From an uncultured Acidobacteriota bacterium (GTDB lineage: Bacteria > Acidobacteriota > Vicinamibacteria > Vicinamibacterales > CAVVIG01): a DNA stretch of 64,000 bases. The position numbers and the translations under genes were made by a program. Positions 49,725-58,722 of the stretch are shown here, in pieces. The number at the start of each line of letters is the position of its first letter. The first letter of the stretch is position 1. Location of the stretch: the NCBI GenBank assembly GCA_963724725.1, contig CAVRVT010000001.1, positions 93,874 to 157,873 on the forward strand. The letters run 5' to 3'. A model generated the notes under the pieces. It was not told where the DNA came from. It was given only the letters and a program-made list of their open reading frames with translations, and made no database searches.

Positions 49725-51043
49725 ACCTCCAATCCAAGCGACGTAAGGAACCGCGCACTGGCGTCGGCCAGCTCCACGCGATGCCCCGCGCGCGCGTACC
49801 GCGCCTCGAGCAGATCCGTGCTCCGATCGACGTACTCCGATGCCGTCAGCGCCCCTTCGCGGAAGCGAGCCTCCGACGTCCGGACAATCTGCTCGCGCAG
49901 GTCGACGATGCGATCGTCGAGCGACATCGCGCGCTGAAGACGATCGATGCTCGTCGTGTCGGCATCGGTCGCGCGGACCAGAGCTTTCGTGAACGCGGCT
50001 TCGTCGGCGGTCGTGATCTGCTGCTGCAGTTCCAGCGCCTGGCTCTCGCGGCCCGCCGTCCCCCACGACCAGGCTTTCCAGTGCAGCTGCAACCCGACGA
50101 TACCGTAGGCTTCGAACTCGTCGCTGATGAAGTTGAGGCCGGGACGGCCGACGCCGCCCTTCGCGAACGCCGAGAGCCGCGGCCGATCCTGGGTGGCGGA
50201 GGCGTCCCGCTCACGCGCGAGACGATCCTGCGTGCGCGCGAACTGGATGAACTCGGGGCGGCTGCGCCCGGCGTTCCGGCGCCGGGCATCGGCCACCGCG
50301 ACGTTCAGGTCCGGCGCTGCCAGCGGGTCGTTCTCGCCAAGCTCCCTGCCCGTCAGATTCGCGAGTCGCTTCAGCGCTGCTATCCGGCTCGCGAGAAGTG
50401 CGTCGTCGTCCTGCCGGCGCTGCAGGAGCGCGGCTTCGACCGACGCGGCGTCACTGGCCAGCGCCGCGCCCTCGCGCACCCGCACGTTCGTTTCCCGGAG
50501 CCGGGCTTCGAGGTCCGCGAGGGTCGCCGCCAGCGCCCGCGAGCGTTCCTGAAGCAGCGCGGCCGCGAAGAACGCGTCGTTTACTTCCTGGCGCAACGCG
50601 AACAGTGCAGTTCTGATGCGGGCCTGCGATTCGGACAGGCGGGCCTTCTCGACCGCGAGGCGTGGTTGGATGGTTGGATCGTAGAGACGCTGATCCAGCC
50701 GAACCGACGCGTCGACCGTGCCTTTCGGCGGGAGGAACAGCGGCTGGCCGTTCGGCACGAACGGCGGCGGCGTGGGGACGTCGGACTGGTACTGCATCAG
50801 CGCGTCCACGGAAATCGCGGGCTTCATTTCGGCGCTGATGTTCGCGAGCCGGAGTTCCGCCTGCGACTGGTACAGCTGAAGTTCCCGAAAGCGCGGATCC
50901 GCCTCGACGGCCGCCTGCTGCAGCGCGCCCAGCTGGAGCGCGCCGTCCGGGCTCGCCACCGGTGGTACGGGGGACTGCGCGCGAGCCGCGCCGGGCATCG
51001 TGAGTATCCCGATGATCGCAAGAACGAGCAGATGTCGAGTCAT
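49718..51043 (-). CDS. TolC-like outer membrane efflux protein
   Basis: Signal peptide and two outer-membrane-factor repeats with coiled-coil content. Confidence 0.7.
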   Translation of the reverse strand: MTRHLLVLAIIGILTMPGAARAQSPVPPVASPDGALQLGALQQAAVEADPRFRELQLYQSQAELRLANISAEMKPAISVDALMQYQSDVPTPPPFVPNGQPLFLPPKGTVDASVRLDQRLYDPTIQPRLAVEKARLSESQARIRTALFALRQEVNDAFFAAALLQERSRALAATLADLEARLRETNVRVREGAALASDAASVEAALLQRRQDDDALLASRIAALKRLANLTGRELGENDPLAAPDLNVAVADARRRNAGRSRPEFIQFARTQDRLARERDASATQDRPRLSAFAKGGVGRPGLNFISDEFEAYGIVGLQLHWKAWSWGTAGRESQALELQQQITTADEAAFTKALVRATDADTTSIDRLQRAMSLDDRIVDLREQIVRTSEARFREGALTASEYVDRSTDLLEARYARAGHRVELADASARFLTSLGLEVR

Positions 51044-51756
51044 GCGCCTAGCGCCCTCAGAAAAAACTCCGCGACCTGGTCGCGGCGGTCCTCGATGAAC
51101 CGATTGAACTCCTGCTGATCGAGGCCGAGCAGGACCATGAGCAGCGGCCTCGCCGCAAACGGAAATACGCACAGGGACAGCAGGTTGACGAGGAACTGCT
51201 CCGGCGCAATCGGACGCAGCTTGCCGGCGCGGACGGCCGCGTCGATCTGCTGCCGGACCTTCTGCAGCACCCTGGGGCGGACGTCTTCGGGCGTCGCGCC
51301 GGTGAGCGCGGCGACGAGCTGGCGCACGCGCTCGGGATGATGGTGCAGCTCGCTGATGATGTAGCCGGGCAGGCCGGGCGTTCGGGACAGGTGGTCAATT
51401 TCGACCTCGACGACTCGGCCGACTTTCTCCTCGAGCGGCATGTCGGACGCCATCACCTGGACGACCTGCGGGAACAGCTGCCCCGCCGTGCGCCGGAACA
51501 CCGCTTCGGCCAGGCGGTCCTTCGACCGGAAGTAATAGTGCAGGAGCGCCTGGTTGACGCCGGCCTCCCGCGCGATGTCCTGCATACGCGCGCCGGCCGT
51601 CCCGTGCCGCACCAGGACGGCGTGCGCGGCGTCCAGAATCCGGCTCTCGGTGTCGCGGTCGCGTTTCGGTGCGAGCGACCGCGGCGTGCCCGGCTTGCCG
51701 GCCGCCGGCTGGCCTTTCACCGGCGTGCGTCGTACGCGCTTCAGTCCGCTTGTCAT
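51040..51756 (-). CDS. TetR/AcrR-family transcriptional regulator
   Basis: HTH 'ARMQDIAREAGVNQALLHYYFRSKDRLAEAV'. Confidence 0.8.
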   Translation of the reverse strand: MTSGLKRVRRTPVKGQPAAGKPGTPRSLAPKRDRDTESRILDAAHAVLVRHGTAGARMQDIAREAGVNQALLHYYFRSKDRLAEAVFRRTAGQLFPQVVQVMASDMPLEEKVGRVVEVEIDHLSRTPGLPGYIISELHHHPERVRQLVAALTGATPEDVRPRVLQKVRQQIDAAVRAGKLRPIAPEQFLVNLLSLCVFPFAARPLLMVLLGLDQQEFNRFIEDRRDQVAEFFLRALGA

Positions 51757-51768
51757 GTTTGCCCCGCA

Positions 51769-51797
51769 TTAACTGTCCGATTTAATCAGACAGTTAA
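51769..51797. promoter_or_regulatory. Inverted repeat TTAACTGTC-n11-GACAGTTAA, candidate TetR operator
   Basis: Perfect 9-bp arms lie 13 bp upstream of the tetR start, between tetR and the divergent ABC exporter genes. Confidence 0.6.
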
Positions 51798-51918
51798 CGG
51801 CCGGAAAGTATGCCCGAAAACGTGGTCGGCGTGCAAGCCGGGCACTCCGGAGCCCGGAACGACGGCTTCAAATACTTGCAAGACACGGCACCCGAGGTCT
51901 GAGAGATTAGGCGCCAGC

Positions 51919-53730
51919 ATGACGACCCTGGCCAGGCTCCGTGCCCGGAATGAGTTCATCCTCAGCGCCGTTTTGCCGAAGGCAGACCGGCTTCTCGCTA
52001 TCGCGTGGTGGGGGATCCTGGTCTTGCGCGGCGTCCTGCCCGCCGCCTTCGCCATCGCCATGGGCAGCCTCGTCGGCGCCGTCCAGCGAGGCGAACCCCT
52101 GGAGCTGCCGCTGGCTCTGGTGGGCGCGATCTTCGTTCCGCTTCAGGTGCTGCCGCCGATCCATCGCGCGCTTGGCGCGAACCTCGGCAGTCGAACCGCC
52201 GCGTGGTTGTACGACCAGCTGACCGCCGCATGCGTGCGGCCTCCGGGGATCGGACACCTGGAAGATCCCACGCTGACAGGCGACCTGACCGTCGCGCGCG
52301 ATTTCGACCTCGGCATCACCGGGCCGCCGATGTTCATCTCGATGGACTTCATCGCCGGCGGCCTGGTCGAGATGATCGCGGGACTGAGCTCTGCGCTTGT
52401 GCTGTTCGCATACGAGTGGTGGGCGCCGCCGATTCTCGTGATCGCGTGGCTCGCGACGCATTGGCTGCTGCGCGAGAGCGCCGTGTGGTTCGATCGCAAC
52501 ACGACTGAGGTTCGCGAGGCGCAACGCCATGCGGATTACTTTTACCGGCTCGCCGTCGATCCGCCCGCGTCCAAGGAGCTTCGCCTCTTCGGCCTCGCGG
52601 CGTGGACCGTCGAGCGCTTCCGCGCCCGCCGTCGCCAGCTGTTCGACCTGCAGTGGCACGCCACACGCCTGCGCGAGCGACCTGTTCTGTGGAGTCTCCT
52701 GATCGTCGTCACGGCCAACGTCATCGTCTTCTGGTCGATGGCGTCGAGCGCGTTCGATGGTTCGCTTGGTCTCGATCGACTCATCACGTTCGCGACCGCG
52801 GCGGTCACGACGAGCGCGGTAGCGTTCGGTGGCTTCACCTGGGCGCTCGATGGCGCGGCCGCACCCGCCGCCGCGGTCATGCGGCTCAGGAGCGCGATGG
52901 ACCCGGCGGGCGCGCTCGTGCCGGGCGCCGAGCCGGCCGGCGACCGGCCCGCGCGGGAGATCCGCTTTCGCGACGTCACCTTCGCGTATCCAGCGGGCGG
53001 CGATCCGGTCCTGAAGAACTTCGACCTGACGATTCCGGCCGGCTCCTCGCTCGCGATCGTCGGCAAGAACGGCGCCGGGAAGACGACGCTCGCGAAGCTG
53101 CTCTGTCGGCTGTACGACCCGCAGTCGGGCGCGATCGAGATCGACGGGATCGACCTCAAGCAGATCGACGTTCGGTCGTGGCGGACGCGCCTGACGGCCG
53201 TCTTTCAGGACTTCATCAAGTTCGAACTGTCGCTCCGCGACAACGTGGCGCCGGCCGGCGCGCCCGAACAGGTCGTTCGCGACGCGCTGGCGCAGGCCGG
53301 TGCGGCTGGACTGGCCGACCTCGACACCGTGCTCGCGCGCGGCTACCCTGGCGGAACCGACTTGTCCGGCGGTCAGTGGCAGCGCGTCGCGCTCGCGCGG
53401 GCGCTGTGCGCGGTCCAGCTCGGCGCCGGCGTCGTGCTCCTCGACGAGCCGACGGCGCAGCTCGACGTGCGTGGCGAGGCGGAGATCTTCGACCGCATCC
53501 TTAGCGCCACGCGACACACGACGACGATTCTGATCTCCCACCGGTTCTCGACCGTCCGTCACGCCGACAGGATCTGCGTGCTCGAGAACGGCCACGTGGT
53601 CGAGCTCGGCACGCACGAGGCGCTGATGGCCCAGGGCGGCCGCTACCGCACGATGTTCGATCTGCAGGCGTCGCGATTCACCGACGGGGCGGACCCGTCC
53701 GAGTCGGAGGGCACCGATGTCCTCGAGTGA
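51919..53730 (+). CDS. ABC exporter, fused TMD-NBD half transporter (subunit 1 of a heterodimer)
   Basis: Six TM helices, then Walker A GKNGAGKTT, signature LSGGQWQRVALARAL, Walker B LLDEPTAQLD and H-loop ISHR. Confidence 0.8.
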   Translation: MTTLARLRARNEFILSAVLPKADRLLAIAWWGILVLRGVLPAAFAIAMGSLVGAVQRGEPLELPLALVGAIFVPLQVLPPIHRALGANLGSRTAAWLYDQLTAACVRPPGIGHLEDPTLTGDLTVARDFDLGITGPPMFISMDFIAGGLVEMIAGLSSALVLFAYEWWAPPILVIAWLATHWLLRESAVWFDRNTTEVREAQRHADYFYRLAVDPPASKELRLFGLAAWTVERFRARRRQLFDLQWHATRLRERPVLWSLLIVVTANVIVFWSMASSAFDGSLGLDRLITFATAAVTTSAVAFGGFTWALDGAAAPAAAVMRLRSAMDPAGALVPGAEPAGDRPAREIRFRDVTFAYPAGGDPVLKNFDLTIPAGSSLAIVGKNGAGKTTLAKLLCRLYDPQSGAIEIDGIDLKQIDVRSWRTRLTAVFQDFIKFELSLRDNVAPAGAPEQVVRDALAQAGAAGLADLDTVLARGYPGGTDLSGGQWQRVALARALCAVQLGAGVVLLDEPTAQLDVRGEAEIFDRILSATRHTTTILISHRFSTVRHADRICVLENGHVVELGTHEALMAQGGRYRTMFDLQASRFTDGADPSESEGTDVLE

Positions 53731-55525
53731 CGATCTTCCCGGCGCGTTTCCGTCGATGTGGCGCGCGATCAAGCGTGCGTACGCCGCGGAGCCGTCCGGG
53801 CTGGTAACCGCCTTCGGGCTGGCGCTGTTCGCGGCGCTGCCCGACGCGCTCCTCGCGCTCTGGTTCAAGCTTCTTGCGAACGGGCTGATCCGGCACAACC
53901 GCACGCTCGCCCTGGCGGCGGCTCTCGGCCTCGCGGTCTCGGCGACGGCCACGTGGTTCCTTCGCCTCGTCAGCGATCGCGTGCAACGGCGTTTCCGCGA
54001 CCGCATCACCGTCGCGCTCGAATCGCTCGTCGCCCGGCTGCAGGCCACCATTCCGACACTCGAGCATCAGGAACGACCGGAGTTTCTCAACCGCCTCGCG
54101 GTTCTGCGCAACCAGATCTTCGTGCTCGATCACATGTACATGTCGTTGTTCTCGACCTGCAGCTGGATCCTTCGCCTGGGCGTGACGGTGACGCTGCTCG
54201 TGTCCATCCATCCGGCGCTGGCGCTTCTGACGGTGTTCGCGGTGCCGACGATCTTCTCGTCTGCATGGCGCCCGGGTATCGAGCGCGTCGCCGACGAGCG
54301 CGGCGCGCCGGACAATCGCCTCGCCCGTCACCTCTTCGTCACGGCGACGACCGCGCCTCCGGGGAAGGAAGTCCGCGTCACCGGCATCGGCGAGCGGCTG
54401 GTCGGAATGCGGCGTCAGGCCTGGGAACGCTGGTACCGGCCCGTCGCGGCTGCGCGCATGCGCAGTGCGTGGTGGCACGCGCTGGCATGGTCGATCTTTG
54501 CGGCCGGCTTCGTCGGCGCCGTCGTGTTCGTCAGCCGCGGGCTCAACGCGCCACCGGGCGACGTGCTGCTCGTGCTGGCGGCCGGCTCGCGTCTCTCCGC
54601 GTACATCGGCGCCACGGTCGGCGAGATTGGATTCCTTCGCGGTGTCTGGCTCGACGGGTCCCGGCGCCTCGCGTGGCTCGAGGATTACGCGACGGCGTCG
54701 ACCGTCCACGAGGATACCGACGCGCCCGCGGCGCTCGGGGAGGGCATCCGCTTCGATCACGTCTCGTTCGCGTACCCGGGAACGGATCGCCTCGTGCTCG
54801 ATGACGTGAGTCTCGAGATGAAGCCCGGATCGGTCGTCGCGATTGTCGGCGAGAACGGCGCCGGGAAGACTACGCTCGTGAAGCTGCTCTGCCGCCTGTA
54901 TCAGCCGACGCGAGGCCGCATTCTCGTGGACGGCGTCGAATTGAATCGGGTGCCGGTCGAACAGTGGCGTAGTCGCCTGGCCGGCGCGTTTCAGGATTTC
55001 TTCCGCTTCGAACTTCGCGCGCGACAGACAATCGGCGTCGGAGACATTCTGCGAGTGGACGACGAACCGGCCGTCCGGACCGCCGTCGAGCGCGCCGGCG
55101 CCGCAGACGTCGTCGACGGGCTGGCGTCAGGCTTGGCGACGCAGCTGGGCGTCACGTGGCCGGGCGGCGTCGACCTGAGCTTCGGTCAGTGGCAGAAACT
55201 CGCGCTCGCGCGCGGCTTCATGCGCGATCGCCCGCTCCTGCTCGTTCTGGACGAACCCACAGCGGCGCTCGACGCCGAGACGGAACACGCGCTGTTCGAA
55301 CGATACGCCGCTGCGAGCGGCGGCGCCAGCAGGCGATCCGACGACCCGAGGGGCAGCAGCGTCACGATTCTCGTATCACACCGTTTCAGCACGGTGCGGA
55401 TGGCCGACCAGATCGTCGTGCTCGACGGGGCACGCGTCGTGGAGGTCGGCTCGCACGACGATCTCGTCTCGCGAGGCGGCCAGTACGCGGAGCTCTACGC
55501 CATCCAGGCCGCTTCTTACCGATGA
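53717..55525 (+). CDS. ABC exporter, fused TMD-NBD half transporter (subunit 2 of a heterodimer)
   Basis: Walker A GENGAGKTT, signature FGQWQKLALARGF (degenerate), Walker B LVLDEPTAALD and H-loop VSHR. Overlaps subunit 1. Confidence 0.8.
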   Translation: MSSSDDLPGAFPSMWRAIKRAYAAEPSGLVTAFGLALFAALPDALLALWFKLLANGLIRHNRTLALAAALGLAVSATATWFLRLVSDRVQRRFRDRITVALESLVARLQATIPTLEHQERPEFLNRLAVLRNQIFVLDHMYMSLFSTCSWILRLGVTVTLLVSIHPALALLTVFAVPTIFSSAWRPGIERVADERGAPDNRLARHLFVTATTAPPGKEVRVTGIGERLVGMRRQAWERWYRPVAAARMRSAWWHALAWSIFAAGFVGAVVFVSRGLNAPPGDVLLVLAAGSRLSAYIGATVGEIGFLRGVWLDGSRRLAWLEDYATASTVHEDTDAPAALGEGIRFDHVSFAYPGTDRLVLDDVSLEMKPGSVVAIVGENGAGKTTLVKLLCRLYQPTRGRILVDGVELNRVPVEQWRSRLAGAFQDFFRFELRARQTIGVGDILRVDDEPAVRTAVERAGAADVVDGLASGLATQLGVTWPGGVDLSFGQWQKLALARGFMRDRPLLLVLDEPTAALDAETEHALFERYAAASGGASRRSDDPRGSSVTILVSHRFSTVRMADQIVVLDGARVVEVGSHDDLVSRGGQYAELYAIQAASYR

Positions 55526-55543
55526 CGCGGAACTCTCAAACCT

Positions 55544-55600
55544 GAAGTCTCAAGATTCAAGAAAGTCCCGAGACTTGAGACTTGAGACTTGAAAGTTTCG
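55544..55600. terminator. Hairpin-forming region with tandem heptamer (GAGACTT x3) complementary to upstream AAGTCTCAAG; putative bidirectional terminator between convergent genes
   Basis: Inverted repeat seen directly in the sequence. No clear U-tract. Confidence 0.4.
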
Positions 55601-55605
55601 AGTGT

Positions 55606-55983
55606 TCAGTGGGCGGGAATGTTCAGCTTCTGTCCAACTTTGATCTGATCGGGGTTGGTCAGCGTCCCGCCGTTGGCCTTGAAGATCTCCATGTAGCGGT
55701 TCGGGTCGCCGAGGTACGCTTTCGCGAGCTTCGAGAGCGTATCGCCGGACACGACGGTGTGAACGCCGAAGATGTCCGACCGTTCGGCGCGAATGTCGGC
55801 CACGATTTCGGTCTCCCAGCCCTGGTGCGTCTTGATGCTGTCCCAGAGCCGGTTGGCGTCCAGCTGGTATTCGGTCTTGCCGGAGATCTTCAGCTTGCCG
55901 TTCTCTTCCTTCACGTCCGGATTCTTCAAGCCAATCTGGTTCGCGAGCTGAAAGAGATTGGAGTACTTGTCCATCAGGGCCAT
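55606..55983 (-). CDS. LysM-domain protein
   Basis: C-terminal LysM 'HTVVSGDTLSKLAKAYLGDPNRYMEIFKANGGTLTNPDQIKVGQKLNIP'. Confidence 0.75.
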   Translation of the reverse strand: MALMDKYSNLFQLANQIGLKNPDVKEENGKLKISGKTEYQLDANRLWDSIKTHQGWETEIVADIRAERSDIFGVHTVVSGDTLSKLAKAYLGDPNRYMEIFKANGGTLTNPDQIKVGQKLNIPAH

Positions 55984-56011
55984 GTGATGCCTCCTCGATC
56001 CGAACTTCGTG

Positions 56012-56527
56012 CTAGGCGTTTCGAGCGTGATGCTCGGCGATCTTGCGCATGGCGATGACCATCGCGGTCGTGCCGAGCGTTTTGACCAGGGTCGGATGCT
56101 GGGCGTAGAACTTGCTCATCGCTTCGATGACGCCGGCGCCGCTCTGCTGCGCGCGCTGCGCCATGGTTGCGACGGTGTCCTCGGAGGGCATGGTCGCCGG
56201 CGCGGCCGACGAGCTCGTCGAGCCCGTCCCCGGCGCCGACCCGCCGAGCATCGCGGCGAGCGATCCCCGCTGGTCCGCGGGCACCGCCGACACGAGCGCC
56301 GTGATCATCGCGGACTTCTGATCGCTCGACGCATTGGCGAACAACTGGGACACGATCTGCGCGAACGGCGGCGTCTCGTCGGATCGCATGACTTCGGCGA
56401 TGCCGTGCGCCAGCGTCCCCGCGTCCGCCGACTGGGCGAGCTTGTGAAAATCGGCTTCGGCGTTCTCGGCGCCGGCGCCGCTGGTGTACTGCGCAAGCAT
56501 GTCCTTCATCGAATCGAGCAGTCCCAT
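56012..56527 (-). CDS. Hypothetical protein (DUF937-like)
   Basis: 171-aa ORF, Ala/Ser-rich, no motif recognised. Confidence 0.35.
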   Translation of the reverse strand: MGLLDSMKDMLAQYTSGAGAENAEADFHKLAQSADAGTLAHGIAEVMRSDETPPFAQIVSQLFANASSDQKSAMITALVSAVPADQRGSLAAMLGGSAPGTGSTSSSAAPATMPSEDTVATMAQRAQQSGAGVIEAMSKFYAQHPTLVKTLGTTAMVIAMRKIAEHHARNA

Positions 56528-56544
56528 GGCATCCTCCCGTTCGT

Positions 56545-56808
56545 TCAGAACGCCGTCGCGCGTCTAGGTGAAGACAAGTCGATAGATGAGAAGCAGAAAC
56601 ATCGCACCCACGACCGAGAGGGCAAATCCTGCGGGCTGACCCTCTTGTACCAGCCGAGCGCGCGGCCAATCGCTCCGCCGGCCCAGCCTCCCGCGATGCC
56701 GAGGAGGGCCGTGATGATCCATCCGCCGGGATCGCCGCCGGGCATGAGCAGCTTGGCGACGACGCCAATGACGAGTCCCACCAACGCCTGACCGAGCATG
56801 TGCATCAT
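56545..56808 (-). pseudogene. GlsB/YeaQ/YmgE-family small membrane protein with an apparent frameshift near 56600-56620
   Basis: 'MHMLGQALVGLVIGVVAKLLMPGGDPGGWIITALLGIAGGWAGGAIGRALGWY' matches the family. The expected tail 'QEGQPAGFALSVVGAMFLLLIYRLVFT' is in the +1 frame. Confidence 0.65.
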
Positions 56809-56818
56809 GAGAACTCCT

Positions 56819-58606
56819 TCACGACGCCGCCGAGACGCGCTTCAGCTGCATCTGCAGCCGCAGCATCTGGACGTCATGCTCCTGGCAGCACTGCTCCAGC
56901 TCCCGCAGTCGATCGGCGTCGAGGAGCGGCGTGTTCAGGACGACCAGGTCGAGGTCGCCGGCGCGAATAAGCGCCTGCAAATCCGAGAACGAACCGACGA
57001 CGGAGTAGCCACCGACGCGGACGTGGCGATGCATCGGGTCATCGTCGATGAAGCCGACGATCTTGAGCGAGGCGGGACCGAAGGCTTCACGAATCGTTCC
57101 CAGGCTCGCGCCGGCCGTCCCATAGATGGCGCAGCGCTGACCGACGGCGCTCCGGCGCGAGACGAACTCGCCGACGAGCCGGAACGACGCCCGCGTGCCC
57201 GCCAAAAGCAGCATCAGGAGCACGGCGTCGATGACGAAGACCGATCGTGAGTAATTCTCGAAGCGGTAGATGTAGAGGATGAAGAGCTCGGCCGCCACCG
57301 TGCCCAGCACCACGGCTTTCGCGAACACGACCGCGTCCATCATGCCGAAGTACCGCCAGATGCCACGGTAGCCGCCGACGACGAACAGCGCGAGAAGCTG
57401 GGTCGCGAGCACAACCGGCAGCGACTCGAGAAACTGCGGGTAGTTGACGCCGAACTGCGGTCCTTCGAACCGCAGCCGGTACGCGACGTAGTACGCGACG
57501 GGAATCAGGATCAGGTCGAGAAGAACCTCGGCGACCCGCCGCTTGTACATGAAGTTCGCGACGATCGGCGTGATGCTCTCGCCCTTCAACACCGTCAGAT
57601 CGGCGTCGTCGTACACACGAACGCGAGCCAGATACACCGCGAAGATCGCCATCGCGACGAGGAAGATGGCGGCGGCAACCAGGCCCAGACTCGGATCGCG
57701 GCGCTGCAGGAGGATCGACGCCACTCCGCCCGCGCCGGCAAAGACCCAGAGCGTGAAGACCGCCCGCGATTCCGACAACCCCACCGCCACGAGTCGATGC
57801 GACGTGTGGTCGCGGCCGCCCTGTGACGGGCTGCGTCCGGAGAGTATGCGGAGCGACGTCACCAGCGTCGTGTCGAAGATTGGCAGGAGCAGCGGCAGGA
57901 CCGGACCGGCAACGATCGGCAGAAGGCCGGACGCCGATCCGATCTGCGGCTTTTCGACGAGCGCCATCGCGGCGAGATTCAACCCCAGGAACAGACTGCC
58001 CGTGTCGCCCATGAAGATGGACGCGGGGTGGGCGTTGTAGACGAGAAATCCCGCGGTCGCGCCGACGAGCGTCGCGAGGTACAACGCGGCCGGCGTCACG
58101 CCGGCGCCGTTGATGACGCCCATCAGCATGAATCCACCGGCGATGATCGTCGTGCCTGCGCACAGCCCGTCCATGTTGTCGAGCAGGTTGAACGCGTTGG
58201 TCACGCCGACGATCCAGAAGACCGTCAGCATCGCGTCGCCCAGCAGAGACTGCATCCAGTGCAGGCGGAAGCCGAAGAACAGGAGGATGGACGCGACCGT
58301 GATCTGCGCAACCAGCTTCGTCGACGGCTTGAGTGACAGCATGTCGTCCACGAAGCCGAACACCGCGACGAGCGCACTGCAGGCGATGAGCGTTCTGACC
58401 TGGCCGAGGTCCGGAATCGTCAGCCCGGTCGCGATCGTGACGATGGCGATCGCGAGCCCGCCGAACAAGGCGGTCGATTGCCTGTGCCAGCGATCTTCCT
58501 TGGGACGCGCCACCTGACCGAGGCGCTGGGACAGCAGTCGAAACGCGGGTGTCAGTGCTACAGACGCGCCGAACGACACCAGAACGTAGAAGACAAGCGT
58601 CGGCAT
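56819..58606 (-). CDS. Glycosyltransferase family 4 (MraY/WecA-like undecaprenyl-phosphate sugar-phosphotransferase) fused to a CapD/WbpM-N-terminal-like membrane domain
   Basis: 'NAFNLLDNMDGL' and 'IFMGDTGSLFLG' WecA/MraY motifs in the N-terminal about 330 aa. Four extra TM helices and a Rossmann-like 'IYGTAGASLG' segment follow. Confidence 0.65.
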   Translation of the reverse strand: MPTLVFYVLVSFGASVALTPAFRLLSQRLGQVARPKEDRWHRQSTALFGGLAIAIVTIATGLTIPDLGQVRTLIACSALVAVFGFVDDMLSLKPSTKLVAQITVASILLFFGFRLHWMQSLLGDAMLTVFWIVGVTNAFNLLDNMDGLCAGTTIIAGGFMLMGVINGAGVTPAALYLATLVGATAGFLVYNAHPASIFMGDTGSLFLGLNLAAMALVEKPQIGSASGLLPIVAGPVLPLLLPIFDTTLVTSLRILSGRSPSQGGRDHTSHRLVAVGLSESRAVFTLWVFAGAGGVASILLQRRDPSLGLVAAAIFLVAMAIFAVYLARVRVYDDADLTVLKGESITPIVANFMYKRRVAEVLLDLILIPVAYYVAYRLRFEGPQFGVNYPQFLESLPVVLATQLLALFVVGGYRGIWRYFGMMDAVVFAKAVVLGTVAAELFILYIYRFENYSRSVFVIDAVLLMLLLAGTRASFRLVGEFVSRRSAVGQRCAIYGTAGASLGTIREAFGPASLKIVGFIDDDPMHRHVRVGGYSVVGSFSDLQALIRAGDLDLVVLNTPLLDADRLRELEQCCQEHDVQMLRLQMQLKRVSAAS

Positions 58607-58722
58607 CGAAGACCGGAAATTGTACTGCGCTTTTCGAGCGCGGCGGAGAATCTCACGCCAGCTCGACCAGTCGCCCGCCAGCCCAAACGGAGTATCGGAC
58701 CTGACGATTTTGTCAGGTCCGG

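Noticed and set aside
55570-55590. Tandem GAGACTT repeats considered as a possible CRISPR or minisatellite array
   Set aside because: There are only three 7-bp units, no spacers and no cas genes. It is better explained as a hairpin/terminator with an upstream complementary arm.
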